From an uncultured Clostridia bacterium (GTDB taxonomy: Bacteria > Bacillota > Clostridia > Christensenellales > CAG-138), in the NCBI GenBank assembly GCA_947168565.1, contig CAMVMM010000004.1:5867-69866 (forward strand): a DNA stretch of 64,000 nucleotides. Direction: 5' to 3'. Numbering within the stretch: position 1 is the first letter of the stretch; each line of letters begins with the position of its first letter. Made by a program: the position numbers and the translations under genes. Shown in pieces: positions 17,441 through 27,226 of this stretch. The notes under the pieces were generated by a model, which had not been told where the DNA came from, did no database searches, and worked only from the letters and a program-made list of their open reading frames with translations.

Positions 17441-20400
17441 TTAAGCACGGCGCCTCCTTTTGTAAAAATGTATACAAATCACAAGTACCGCGCCCGTGAT
17501 CAACAGCGCCGCTCCCGTGAGCTGATACCGAGGTTCGCCGCTTCCGCCCGTTTCGGGAAGCCGCCAGTAGGAATTGGTGATCATAACCGTTGCGGACGGC
17601 TGATCGACCGTGTACGCCGAATTGTAACTTTCCGGCGTTAACTCGTGAACGTAGTAAACGTAATACTTTTCGTTTTGATAGAAGCCGTAGGCAAGGTCGC
17701 TTACAACCCTGCGCCATGAGGCGCTGAGCGGGTCGGCGTCCGCCTCGGTGAGCACCACTGTGCGCGTGTCCACGATCGAGCCGCGCAGCGCGGCGGGAAC
17801 ATAGCCCGCTTCCACCGCCCTTGGGGGCACGGAAGCGCCGTATTCCACGGTTTCGATAACCACGGTGAGGCTGCCGGGCCGTTGGCGGTGAGCGTCGTTT
17901 TGATCGTTCCACACCTTCTGAACGGTCAGCTCGATGGGCTCTGTCTCGCAGGGATCCTTCATTTCGCCGGGCATGGGCGTCATGCCGATGAGGCTGTCGC
18001 CAAGCACCGTGTCCGCCATGCCGACGTATCTGGCGTTTGAGCGGAAGGCGTTCAGCCTGCGCTCGGCGGAGCCGCGCTCCACCGCGCCGGAAAGATCGGT
18101 CAGGGCCTTTATAACGCTTCGATGCTCCACCGTGTAGCGGTTGAAGGCGGCGCCGGAAACGGAGGAGGTATCCTCCTGCGCGGCGGCTATCAGAGCGCCG
18201 CCGGAGGTGTAGGCTCCGGTATAGGCCTCGTCGCGGCCGCGATAGATATAATACCTGTTTTCTATGCCCTCCAGCCTGTTTGCGGTCTGCGCGTTTTCGT
18301 TGTAGTGCGCGCCGCCCCTGAACGGCCCCGTTTTATCGGCAGCGCCGCGAACGCCGTCCAGAAGCTCCGCCGTGCTGTGGCTCACGAAGCCGCGCTCGTT
18401 GTAGCCGATGAAGCCGCCCGCATAGCCGAGCTTGCCGCTGCCGTCCGCATTATAGGTTGCGCCGCCGCCGAACACGTCGAAGCCGTCGCTTATGCCGCGC
18501 ACAAGGCAGTTTCTAATGGAGGTTCGGTTCAGCTCCACAAGCTCCACCCTGAGATTGGCTTCGTTCACCGTGCCGTCCGTGCCGACGGGGAGCGTTATCT
18601 CGGAGGAGCCGAGCACGAGCGTTACGGCCGTGGGCGCGTCCGTTTCCGGATCGCGCGAGGCAACGGAGAGGGAGATCACAAGCCCGAAAAGGTTAAGCTT
18701 GATAAGATTGCCGTCGGATAAAACCTTGATGCCGAGCAGATCGCCGTACAGGTCGATAAGCCCAAGGTTTTCAAGGTAGCCTATGCCGAGGCCCGCAAGC
18801 AGCAGCCGCAGTATCCACGCCACTGCGCCAACAAGATCCGAGCTTGCCTCAAGATCGCCGAGGAAAGCAACGGAGGATCTGCCCACAAAGCCGCCCGCGA
18901 TCTGCGGACTTATCACCTTTCTGAGCCTGAGCGCGGAGCATTCGTTTATCTGCGCGATATCCGCAAAGCCGATGAAGCCGCCCGCGCACGCGCCGTTCAG
19001 ATGATACAGCTCGTCGCCTATGCTTTCTTCGGTTTGCTTTACGGTGGCTTTCACCGTGAAGCCGTCGTTATCGCCGCCAAAGCCGGTCACCTCGTCGCCG
19101 CTGAAGGTGGAGCCGATGATATTCATAAGCTGCAGGCTTGCCGAAAGGTCCAGCCCCAGCGCATCAAGCAGCTTGCCAAGGGTGCTCTCGCCGTCCACGG
19201 CTGCGCCCGAAAGATCGAGCAGGCTCTTTGTGCCGGAATGACCCACGAAGCCGCCCGCATAGCTCGGCGCCTCAACGCGGTTCAGTCCGTGCACCGCGCA
19301 GTCGTTCACGGTGCCGCTCATAACGCCGCCCGCAAAGCCGCCTGCTGCGCCCGTTACATCCGTATCCTCAAGCTGACCGCCGGTTTCACGACAATCGTGG
19401 GCATAAATGAGCATGCCTTCGCTCACGCCGTAGACCCTGGAACGGTAGATATAGGTTCTGAACACGTCCAGCAGGTCGATGGTGCCGAGGTTAATAACGT
19501 TCAGCAGATTGGCGGAGCTGCCGCCTATCTGCGCCACGCTGCCCACGGAGGCAAGGCCCACGAAGCCGCCGACGTACTCGCCGCCGTTCACGCCGCGCAG
19601 GTATTTCACCTCGATGTCGGTTTCGCCCGGATCGGTATCGGGGATGAACACTTCCGACGCGGCGCTGCCGCGCTTGGTGTTCACAAGGGTGGCCTGCAGA
19701 TGGCCCGCGAAGCCGCCCGCATAGGGCGCGTATTTGGTAACGCCAGCGTCGCTGTATTCGCCGTCCACAACGAAGCCGTAGGCATCGAAGGTGCCGTCCC
19801 GCTTTATAAGGGATTCCACCTCCGCGTCGTTTATGGTGCAGACCGTGGCGTGCAGCGCGTCCAGCAGCCCGTCCTTGGAGCTGATGAGCCTGTTGAGCAG
19901 GCGCTGGATTATGCCGTTTGAGGCGTTGCTTGCGCCCGCCTTCACAAGGGCGGCGGAATCCGCCTTGCCCGCGTAGCCGCCCACGGCGTGAACGCCCTTT
20001 ACCCGCTTGAGCTGGCGCACCGCGGTTTTTTCAAGCTGACCGCCGTAGGAGCCGCCAACGAAGCCGCCCGCGCAGCCGACGTATGCGTCGGAAGGATCGC
20101 CGAAGGTGTAGTCCTCCGGTATCATGTCGTCGTTTTCATGGATATGGCTGGCGATCGGGCCGCTCGCGCCGACCTGAAGGCCGTAGGCATAGCCCCTTGC
20201 CTCGCAATCCTTGATAGCGGGCACGAGCACCGAGCCGAGGTTCGGCGCAAGGGAGCCCACGTTCAGATCTATGCCGAGCAGGCTGATGCCGCCGACGGAG
20301 GCAAGATCGCCCGTTTGCATCTCGCCCGCGAAGCCGCCCGAGGCGCGCATGGAAAGCACGAGCTTCGTGTCCATGCATTCGCTGTATTCTATAACTCCGG

Positions 20401-23400
20401 AGTGCATCGAGCCCACGAAGCCGCCCGCGCAGCCGGAGACGAAGGTGGAGGGGTAGTTGTGGAAGATATGCCTGCCCGCCACAACGTGGGTGCCGTAATA
20501 GAAGCTTTCAAGCTCCGAGAAATCCGCGTTTAAAAGCTCGGGGGAGAACTGGCCGTAGCTGCCGACGTACTGCCGCCATTCGTTCCAGGTCTGCTCATCT
20601 ATTCCGCGAAGCGGGCCGGTCAGAAAGCCGCGCTTTATGGTGGCATACGCCGCGTTCAGGGTGCCAAGCAGGTTATCCACCTCTAAAAGGCCGCCGAGCA
20701 CGCTCAGGCTGCCGACGCTCTCGGTGCTGCCCGCCTCCATAAAGCCGCAGTAGCCGCCCGCGTATTCCGCGCCGTAAACGGAGCGGATGCGGTGCGCGGT
20801 GCAGGGGCGCTGAGGGCCGGTGTATTTGTTGTCGCCGTCGTTTTCTTCCTTCCAGGCGTCGTTGCTCATGCCCCAGATCTGAGCGCCGATGCTGTGGCCG
20901 ACGTAGCCGCCCGCCATGCCGCGAACGAACATTCTGTCGGAAAAGCTTTCCGCACGAACCGCGCCGCCGCAGGGAACGCAGGTGGTTTCGCTGTTTCGCA
21001 CGGTGGGCACGAAATCCTGAACGAGGGACGCAAGCCTCGCCGTGCTGCCTATAAGGCTCAGGCTGGACTCGGGAAGCACGTTTGCAACGTCGCCCGGCAC
21101 CATCTCGCCCGCGTAGCCGCCGGCCGCCACCTCGCCGATGATATAGGCGAAGTTATAGCAGCTTGAATCCTGGATATGCCCGCCGGAGATCCTTGCCGCG
21201 AAGCCGCCGGCATAGGAAACGCCGTGCTCGTCAAAGGCGCCGTCATGCAGGTTCACGTGGGTGGAGGCAAGCACGCTGAAGCCGCCGGGAGCGCCGTACA
21301 CGTTTGAATGCTCAATGGTGGAAACCACAACGCTCAGCACGCCAAGCACGTTCGCAAGGTCGATGCCGTTGCCAAGAAGGGAGAGATGATCGCCCACCGA
21401 GGCGGCGGAGCCTATGTCCATGTGGCCAATATAGCCCGCGGCATACTTCGCTCCGGCAACGGAATAGGGTATCTCGCCGGATTCGGAGGAGGCATAATTC
21501 AGGTACGCTGCGCCGCTGCCGCACTCAAGCGTGTCCGGAAAGATGCCGATGCGCGAATAGGCGTTTGTGTCGTCCGCCGTAAGGTGATCCGGCTCGTTTG
21601 GCTCGCGGTGCGAAAGCCTGTTCACGTCGGAATAGGAGATCTGCACGCTCTGGCCGTAGCCTATGAAGCCGCCCGCGCTGCCGGAGGAGGCGGGGGATGC
21701 TTCATTGGAATAGTCGTGCGCCGCGTAAACCGTGAAGCCGAGCGGCGAATTAACGCCCGCGTATTTGATGATGGGGATGTATACGTCCGCAACGCCAAGC
21801 AGATCGGTGGCGCTGATGGCGGAGGTGTCCGCCGCGCCAAGAAGGCTCAGTCCGCCGCCCGCGCTTGCGAGCGCGCCGGGGTAAACGTGCCCGCCCCAGC
21901 CGCCGGCGAAGCTGCCGCCGCGAACGTAAAGAATATTGTTTACCGACCACGGCTGCTCGCCGTCGCCGCAGGTGTAGTCGTAGGGGGTGTGCGGAGAGTC
22001 TATCGGGTTCAATCCGGTGTAGATATTGCCGCTGATCTCCTCCTGCTGCATGGTGTAGGAATTGACCTTGCCGCTGCGGAAATTGCCGGTAAAGCCGCCC
22101 GCGTAATCGCCGGAAACGAAGCCGCCGTCAACGTAGGTAACGTCGCATCCGTCGTAGGAGGGAACGAGCATCGGGATGGCGTCTATAAGCTTGTTGAGCT
22201 CAAGCAGCCCGCCGTCCCCAACGTGCGCCTCGTCCACAAGACCCGCCGCGCTGCCGGCGCTTGAGCAGGCCACGAAGCCTCCTGCGAAGCCGTCGTGCAT
22301 ATTGGCGGTAACGCTCTTGAGGCCGCTTGCGTGGCAGTCCACAAAGCGCACGCTGTTCGCGCTTGCGGCAAAGCCGCCGGCGGAGTATTCTATAAGCTGA
22401 TCGGTCACCATTCCGGTTTCGGAAACGGTGTAGCCCGCAGTGATGCCGGAAACGCCCGCGCGAAGGTAGGTGGTGCGAACGCCCGCAAAGAGCGAAAGCA
22501 GATTGTTTACCTTAAGAAGCGTGATTCCGAGAAGTGTGAGGTCGAGGCCGCCGCCGTTCGCAAGGTCGCCAGGGCCGGTGGAGCCGACGAAGCCGCCGGC
22601 GCGGTTGTTTGCAAGCACGGAGCCGAGCTGCGTGAGCGAAACGTCCTTTATATCGCCGCCCACGGCCCAGCCGATGCCGCCCGCCGCGTAATCGCCCGGC
22701 TGCGTGCATTCCCCGCCCTCGTAAACGCCGGCGGTTACGGTATAGCCCGTTTCATCGTCGATGCCGTTTACGTAGGTGTGCGAAACCTCGAAGCCGAGGA
22801 ACTGCGCAAGCCCCAGCGTGTCGCCAAGCAGACCGCCCACGTTTGCCGTGGTAAGATAGCCCGCTATGCCGCCCGCAAAATCCTTTGCGGAGGAAACGCT
22901 CACAAGCTGCGTCACGGTGTTGTTTCGCGCTGCCTCGGGGGGAATGGGAAGGGCGGTTATGTATTCGTCGCCGCGTTTTCTTTTGTATTTTGCAAGATCA
23001 CGCAGATGCGTTTCGTCGCTCCTTGCGATCACCACGCCGTCGCCGCGGCCCACGATGCCGCCGACGTATGAGCCGCCGGACACGGTCAGCTCGCCCTCGA
23101 TGTTCGCGCCGAGTATAGCGGCATTCGCTATGCCGCCCAGATCGAGCAGCGACTGATCGCCGCCCTCGCCCAGAAGACCTGCGGCAATAACCTTTACCGC
23201 GTCAAGAAGCGAATCCTTTTCCTCAAGGAAATCGCCGAGGCCCATCAGCGTGCCGAGCCTTGCATAGCCCGCGAAGCCGCCTATGTAATCCTTTTCGCCC
23301 TCAACCGTGATAACGCTGAGTGCGTCGATATCATCGTTTATGCCGTAGCTGTTTGCAAGCACGCCCGCAAAGCCGCCAAGATACGAGCCGCCCGAAACGG

Positions 23401-25774
23401 TGATGCTTGAATTTGTTATGGAGCAGTTCACAAGCTCCGTCTGCGGATGAAGCTGAGCAAGCACGTCTATCCCAAGGCCGGAAAGGGTGCCCTTGATGAT
23501 GCCGTCCCTCGCAACGCCGGTGAAGCCGCCGCCGAAATGATGCGCCGAAACGGTCATCTCGCTTGAATCCACCCTGCAGCCGCGTACCACGGTGCCCACG
23601 AGGCTTCCCGAGAAGCCGCCCACGCCGTATTTGCCGTTCTCCACGGAAACCTTGCCGTTTTTCACGGTGCAGTCTGCTATCCTGGGGGAAACGTAGCCAA
23701 TGGGGATGAGGCTGCCGAGGGGCAGCGCGTTTTCAAGCAAAACGTTTATCAGGTCGCCCAGTCCGAGACCGGGGATGATATTCAGAAGGGTGGCGAGCCC
23801 GGTCACAACGGCTTCGACCGCGCCCGAAAGCAGATCGTAATTGGTAACGCCCTCCGCATGCCCCACAAAGCCGCCAACGCCGACTATCTTGCCGTCGGGC
23901 TCGTCGATATCGCCGTCCGAATCGCTGTCCTCATAGGCGGTTTTGACTGCGGAAACGGTGATGCCCTCCGCCTCGCAGTCCTCAACCGAAACCCTGCCGA
24001 CTATCCTGCCGGCAAAGGCGCCCGTGGCAAGCGAGGCTGGGTCGGCGGCGCGCGTGTTCAAAAGCCCCACAAGGGTATCGGAGATGCTGATGGGCTTGCC
24101 GAGCAGTCCCGAAAGCAGGGGATCGAGCAGCGTGCCGAGCACGGTGGCAACGAGGGTCAGCAGCCCGTTCACCAGGGTCTGCGAGGTGCCGGCGCGAACC
24201 GTGCCGTTTGTGACCGTGCCGTTATAGAGCTTAATATTCTTAACTATGCAGGTGTTTCCCGTGAGATCGCGCCCGGAAATATCGCCCGTAAGCGTGCCGA
24301 AGAAGCCCACTCCGGTCTGAACTCCCAGATCGAGCGTGGTGGGGTTGGTTGAAAGCGGCACGGCGTTTACGTTTATGTTGGAGATAACCGGCTTAACGTT
24401 CGTATCGAGATTGATATACGAATGATCCTGCGCCCAAAGCTTATCGCCCGCATCCGCAGCTTTAACGCCGTACATCTCGCCGGTGAACATCAGCGGCTTC
24501 CACTGATCGGAATACATATCTATATCGCGGAAAACGATATACTTGCCGTTCTTGGTGTATGAAAGATTTGCAAACGAGCGCTCGTTGATATCCGGCTCGC
24601 CCGAAGCGTTCACGGTGCAGTAAACGGTGCGCTCGTGTCCCGTGATATCGAGAACGGCGGTGAGGCTGTGGTAGCGGTCGGAGCTTAAGATGCCGTTGTT
24701 CCCGTCATACATCGGGTTCACCGCACGGTTCGGATAGCCGAAATCGGTGTCCGTATGGCTGTCCTCGGGATAAACGCCCGCAATAAGATCGGCGTCGCCT
24801 GGGTACACAAGCTGAACGGTCTGCTCGATTATGTTGTCCGCGTTCCAGTTTCCAAGTGCATTCCTCTTTTGATAAACCTTGTAAACGGGGCCGGAAACCC
24901 GCGTGCGTATCTCGCCGTCCTTATTTATGGCGTCAAGCTGCTGCCTGGAGCCGATGAGAATGTAAGTGGTTCCGTCTATTTCAACCCAGGTTTGACCGAA
25001 ATGATCCCTGCCGTCCACGTGGTCGGAATTGGCTCTGTAAGAGTGGAGGGCGGGGGAGCCGCCGCTCTCGCTCGTGAAGGATGAAAGCAGCACGTAGCGG
25101 TGATCGGCGCCGTAGGTAACGATCTTTCCATTCCTGTAATAGAAGCTGCCGACTCCGAAAGTATCGGGGCTCAGATCGCCGGAAAGCACGGGCTCATCGG
25201 CTCTTCCGCCTGAAGCAAGCACCATAAGCTGATAGATCGAGCCAATATACACGGTATCCGTCGCCTCGTCGTAGGCGGTGACCCTCTCGGCCCCGGGCGC
25301 GCCGATAAAGCTGCCCGAAAAATCGGCGGGAAGCGTAAATGCGCCGTCAAGCGCTATATCGTTTGCAAGGTAGTAGTCGGCGGTGCTTGTGTACCTTGCG
25401 GGGGTGCCGTCCGCAAAATAAACCTGTGAGCCGCTGCTGAAGGCGCCCTCGTCAAGATCGGCATCCGTAACCGAAAAGCCGGAGCCTATTGCAAGAAGCT
25501 GTTTTAAATTGGAAATTTTGATCCTGTTTCCAATGAGAAGGTCCGATCGTGATTTGCCGATATGATCCTTGATAACGGGGTCGGTATTTGATAGTGCAAA
25601 AAGCCGCGCTGTAAGCTCCCGTGAAGCAGCTTCAATCGTGGTATCGGAAAAAAGGCTGCTGGCGTAGAGGGAGTGTATGCGCTCGGCTGAAACGGAAGCA
25701 GCAAAATCGGTTGAAACCGCCAGAAACATCGCAAGCGCGAGCACAGCGGCAATGAATCTTTTGAACGTACTCAT
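17441..25774 (-). CDS. Giant (about 2777 aa) LPETG-anchored surface protein with GLUG-like GGF(A/V)G repeats and a C-terminal CnaB domain (candidate pilus tip adhesin)
   Basis: GAGGTG RBS before MSTFKRF at 25774 and a signal peptide. Roughly 30 (A/V)GG(F/Y)(A/V/I)G motifs counted by eye. CnaB signature VQKVWNDQNDAHRQRPGSLTV. C-terminal LPETGG plus TM plus KRRRRA. Confidence 0.75.
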   Translation of the reverse strand: MSTFKRFIAAVLALAMFLAVSTDFAASVSAERIHSLYASSLFSDTTIEAASRELTARLFALSNTDPVIKDHIGKSRSDLLIGNRIKISNLKQLLAIGSGFSVTDADLDEGAFSSGSQVYFADGTPARYTSTADYYLANDIALDGAFTLPADFSGSFIGAPGAERVTAYDEATDTVYIGSIYQLMVLASGGRADEPVLSGDLSPDTFGVGSFYYRNGKIVTYGADHRYVLLSSFTSESGGSPALHSYRANSDHVDGRDHFGQTWVEIDGTTYILIGSRQQLDAINKDGEIRTRVSGPVYKVYQKRNALGNWNADNIIEQTVQLVYPGDADLIAGVYPEDSHTDTDFGYPNRAVNPMYDGNNGILSSDRYHSLTAVLDITGHERTVYCTVNASGEPDINERSFANLSYTKNGKYIVFRDIDMYSDQWKPLMFTGEMYGVKAADAGDKLWAQDHSYINLDTNVKPVISNINVNAVPLSTNPTTLDLGVQTGVGFFGTLTGDISGRDLTGNTCIVKNIKLYNGTVTNGTVRAGTSQTLVNGLLTLVATVLGTLLDPLLSGLLGKPISISDTLVGLLNTRAADPASLATGAFAGRIVGRVSVEDCEAEGITVSAVKTAYEDSDSDGDIDEPDGKIVGVGGFVGHAEGVTNYDLLSGAVEAVVTGLATLLNIIPGLGLGDLINVLLENALPLGSLIPIGYVSPRIADCTVKNGKVSVENGKYGVGGFSGSLVGTVVRGCRVDSSEMTVSAHHFGGGFTGVARDGIIKGTLSGLGIDVLAQLHPQTELVNCSITNSSITVSGGSYLGGFAGVLANSYGINDDIDALSVITVEGEKDYIGGFAGYARLGTLMGLGDFLEEKDSLLDAVKVIAAGLLGEGGDQSLLDLGGIANAAILGANIEGELTVSGGSYVGGIVGRGDGVVIARSDETHLRDLAKYKRKRGDEYITALPIPPEAARNNTVTQLVSVSSAKDFAGGIAGYLTTANVGGLLGDTLGLAQFLGFEVSHTYVNGIDDETGYTVTAGVYEGGECTQPGDYAAGGIGWAVGGDIKDVSLTQLGSVLANNRAGGFVGSTGPGDLANGGGLDLTLLGITLLKVNNLLSLFAGVRTTYLRAGVSGITAGYTVSETGMVTDQLIEYSAGGFAASANSVRFVDCHASGLKSVTANMHDGFAGGFVACSSAGSAAGLVDEAHVGDGGLLELNKLIDAIPMLVPSYDGCDVTYVDGGFVSGDYAGGFTGNFRSGKVNSYTMQQEEISGNIYTGLNPIDSPHTPYDYTCGDGEQPWSVNNILYVRGGSFAGGWGGHVYPGALASAGGGLSLLGAADTSAISATDLLGVADVYIPIIKYAGVNSPLGFTVYAAHDYSNEASPASSGSAGGFIGYGQSVQISYSDVNRLSHREPNEPDHLTADDTNAYSRIGIFPDTLECGSGAAYLNYASSESGEIPYSVAGAKYAAGYIGHMDIGSAASVGDHLSLLGNGIDLANVLGVLSVVVSTIEHSNVYGAPGGFSVLASTHVNLHDGAFDEHGVSYAGGFAARISGGHIQDSSCYNFAYIIGEVAAGGYAGEMVPGDVANVLPESSLSLIGSTARLASLVQDFVPTVRNSETTCVPCGGAVRAESFSDRMFVRGMAGGYVGHSIGAQIWGMSNDAWKEENDGDNKYTGPQRPCTAHRIRSVYGAEYAGGYCGFMEAGSTESVGSLSVLGGLLEVDNLLGTLNAAYATIKRGFLTGPLRGIDEQTWNEWRQYVGSYGQFSPELLNADFSELESFYYGTHVVAGRHIFHNYPSTFVSGCAGGFVGSMHSGVIEYSECMDTKLVLSMRASGGFAGEMQTGDLASVGGISLLGIDLNVGSLAPNLGSVLVPAIKDCEARGYAYGLQVGASGPIASHIHENDDMIPEDYTFGDPSDAYVGCAGGFVGGSYGGQLEKTAVRQLKRVKGVHAVGGYAGKADSAALVKAGASNASNGIIQRLLNRLISSKDGLLDALHATVCTINDAEVESLIKRDGTFDAYGFVVDGEYSDAGVTKYAPYAGGFAGHLQATLVNTKRGSAASEVFIPDTDPGETDIEVKYLRGVNGGEYVGGFVGLASVGSVAQIGGSSANLLNVINLGTIDLLDVFRTYIYRSRVYGVSEGMLIYAHDCRETGGQLEDTDVTGAAGGFAGGVMSGTVNDCAVHGLNRVEAPSYAGGFVGHSGTKSLLDLSGAAVDGESTLGKLLDALGLDLSASLQLMNIIGSTFSGDEVTGFGGDNDGFTVKATVKQTEESIGDELYHLNGACAGGFIGFADIAQINECSALRLRKVISPQIAGGFVGRSSVAFLGDLEASSDLVGAVAWILRLLLAGLGIGYLENLGLIDLYGDLLGIKVLSDGNLIKLNLFGLVISLSVASRDPETDAPTAVTLVLGSSEITLPVGTDGTVNEANLRVELVELNRTSIRNCLVRGISDGFDVFGGGATYNADGSGKLGYAGGFIGYNERGFVSHSTAELLDGVRGAADKTGPFRGGAHYNENAQTANRLEGIENRYYIYRGRDEAYTGAYTSGGALIAAAQEDTSSVSGAAFNRYTVEHRSVIKALTDLSGAVERGSAERRLNAFRSNARYVGMADTVLGDSLIGMTPMPGEMKDPCETEPIELTVQKVWNDQNDAHRQRPGSLTVVIETVEYGASVPPRAVEAGYVPAALRGSIVDTRTVVLTEADADPLSASWRRVVSDLAYGFYQNEKYYVYYVHELTPESYNSAYTVDQPSATVMITNSYWRLPETGGSGEPRYQLTGAALLITGAVLVICIHFYKRRRRA

Positions 25775-25840
25775 AAGAGCACCTCGCTTTACCGATATTG
25801 CCAACGGGATTGTTAAAGAGCAATCGTTTTAAACAACTTG

Positions 25841-25869
25841 ATTGTACACCGTTCTTTTCCGAAAATCAA
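25841..25869 (-). promoter_or_regulatory. Candidate promoter of the pilus operon (TTGATT-17-TACAAT on the minus strand)
   Basis: Hexamers at 25864-25869 and 25841-25846 (plus-strand coordinates) with a 17-nt spacer, in an AT-rich intergenic region. Confidence 0.4.
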
Positions 25870-26129
25870 GTAAAAGTGACTTCAAAAAAGCATTTAATTT
25901 CAAACAAAATCGGTAAAAGAGCCAAAGAAAACGCATTGCCAAGTTTGTGTCACAAGAATAACACAATCGGCTATCCTTTATACAAGTTCGGCGGCGGCAC
26001 TGCAATGGCCTTGCCTGCACTTGAACGGATAACCGATTGTATCTTTTAATTGGAAGGGGGGGCGATTCAGCCCATAAAAGTAAACGAGGCGGGGAGCGAT
26101 TCAGGCCATAAACGGCCTTGCCGCTATGA

Positions 26130-27173
26130 TCACTCGATACCGTACATATTTTTAATTATCTCTTCTCCGCAATGCAGCGGCTCCGTGTGCCACTCGCCGT
26201 TTCTGTCGAAGTAGCCGCCGGAATTATATATGGCTTCGTGGTCAAAGCCGTGGCACATTTCAACTATCAGTCCTTTGCCCGTTCTTGAATCAACAACATA
26301 ATCAAAGCCCATGCACTGTGAACCCAGCCCATCCGCCGCCTGGAAGGCCGATTCGATGATCTGAGGCGTGATCAGGCTTCTGTCGTAATAAATATCCCCG
26401 CCGCCGGAAGCACGGAAATCACCCTTGCGTACGCTGCGGATCAGATAGCCGAGCTTATCTCCTACAACAGCAACCTTTATATCGTAGCCCTCGTTTGGCA
26501 CGAACTCCTGAAAATAGCAGTACTCGCGCTCTATGCCAAGCCCCTTTGCCATGCTTCTTGCTTTAAGAAAATTCGGTATCTGCTTTGCCCGGTTGACAAG
26601 GGTCTTAAAGCTGCGGGTGGATTGGACCTTGGAATAGGTTTTATACAGCAGGCTCGGACGGGAGTTGATGCCCGTGGTAAACATACGCTTGCAGTAGGCG
26701 TGCGCCTCCTCCCTGGTTTTAAGCAGCTTAACGTTCGTGGAGCCCGAGCCGTTTCGAAGCTTGGCAACAAGCGGAAACTCAGCCTTTTCATCGATCCATC
26801 GATCGCAGTCCGCCTGCCTGTAAAAGACCCAGCTTTTGGGAATGGATGCCCCAACACTCTGAAAAGCGTACATTTCGGCAATTTTATCATCAAAGTGCCA
26901 GGCGGTGTTGTGATTGGGATACACCTTCAGCCCCTTTTTCTCCGCAATATCCAAAATGAACTGCGCCTCCGCCTTGTCGGCAAACGCATAATGGCTGTAC
27001 CACCAGAAGATGCCGGAAAGATCGTTCATTTTTTCGATAATGTCGTATGCGTAGCAATCAAGATCGATATAGGGTATTCCGTTCTTTTCAAGGAACGGGA
27101 TAATGCTCATGTCGCGTCCGAATTTAGTGCGCTTTTCGGAAAGCAGGTTAGTGCATACACCCAACGGTTTCAT
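26130..27173 (-). CDS. ATP-grasp domain protein (RimK-like ligase)
   Basis: GAGGTG RBS. ATP-grasp pattern (PLVAKLRNGSGSTNVKLL, YCYFQEFVP, GFDYVVD). Confidence 0.7.
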   Translation of the reverse strand: MKPLGVCTNLLSEKRTKFGRDMSIIPFLEKNGIPYIDLDCYAYDIIEKMNDLSGIFWWYSHYAFADKAEAQFILDIAEKKGLKVYPNHNTAWHFDDKIAEMYAFQSVGASIPKSWVFYRQADCDRWIDEKAEFPLVAKLRNGSGSTNVKLLKTREEAHAYCKRMFTTGINSRPSLLYKTYSKVQSTRSFKTLVNRAKQIPNFLKARSMAKGLGIEREYCYFQEFVPNEGYDIKVAVVGDKLGYLIRSVRKGDFRASGGGDIYYDRSLITPQIIESAFQAADGLGSQCMGFDYVVDSRTGKGLIVEMCHGFDHEAIYNSGGYFDRNGEWHTEPLHCGEEIIKNMYGIE

Positions 27174-27226
27174 TTTTTACACCTCAAATCAGAAACTGAA
27201 ATAATAAATAATATTATCGGCAAGCG

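Noticed and set aside
15821-17641. 606-aa plus-strand ORF overlapping the backbone pilin gene. There are similar long antisense ORFs at 524-1444, 6974-8137, 10639-11697, 43171-44664, 53206-54348 and 55880-57178.
   Set aside because: Each is antisense to a gene with clear family motifs, and their translations are low-complexity and Arg/Ala/Gly-rich. They lack RBSs and are the expected stop-poor shadow frames of high-GC coding DNA.
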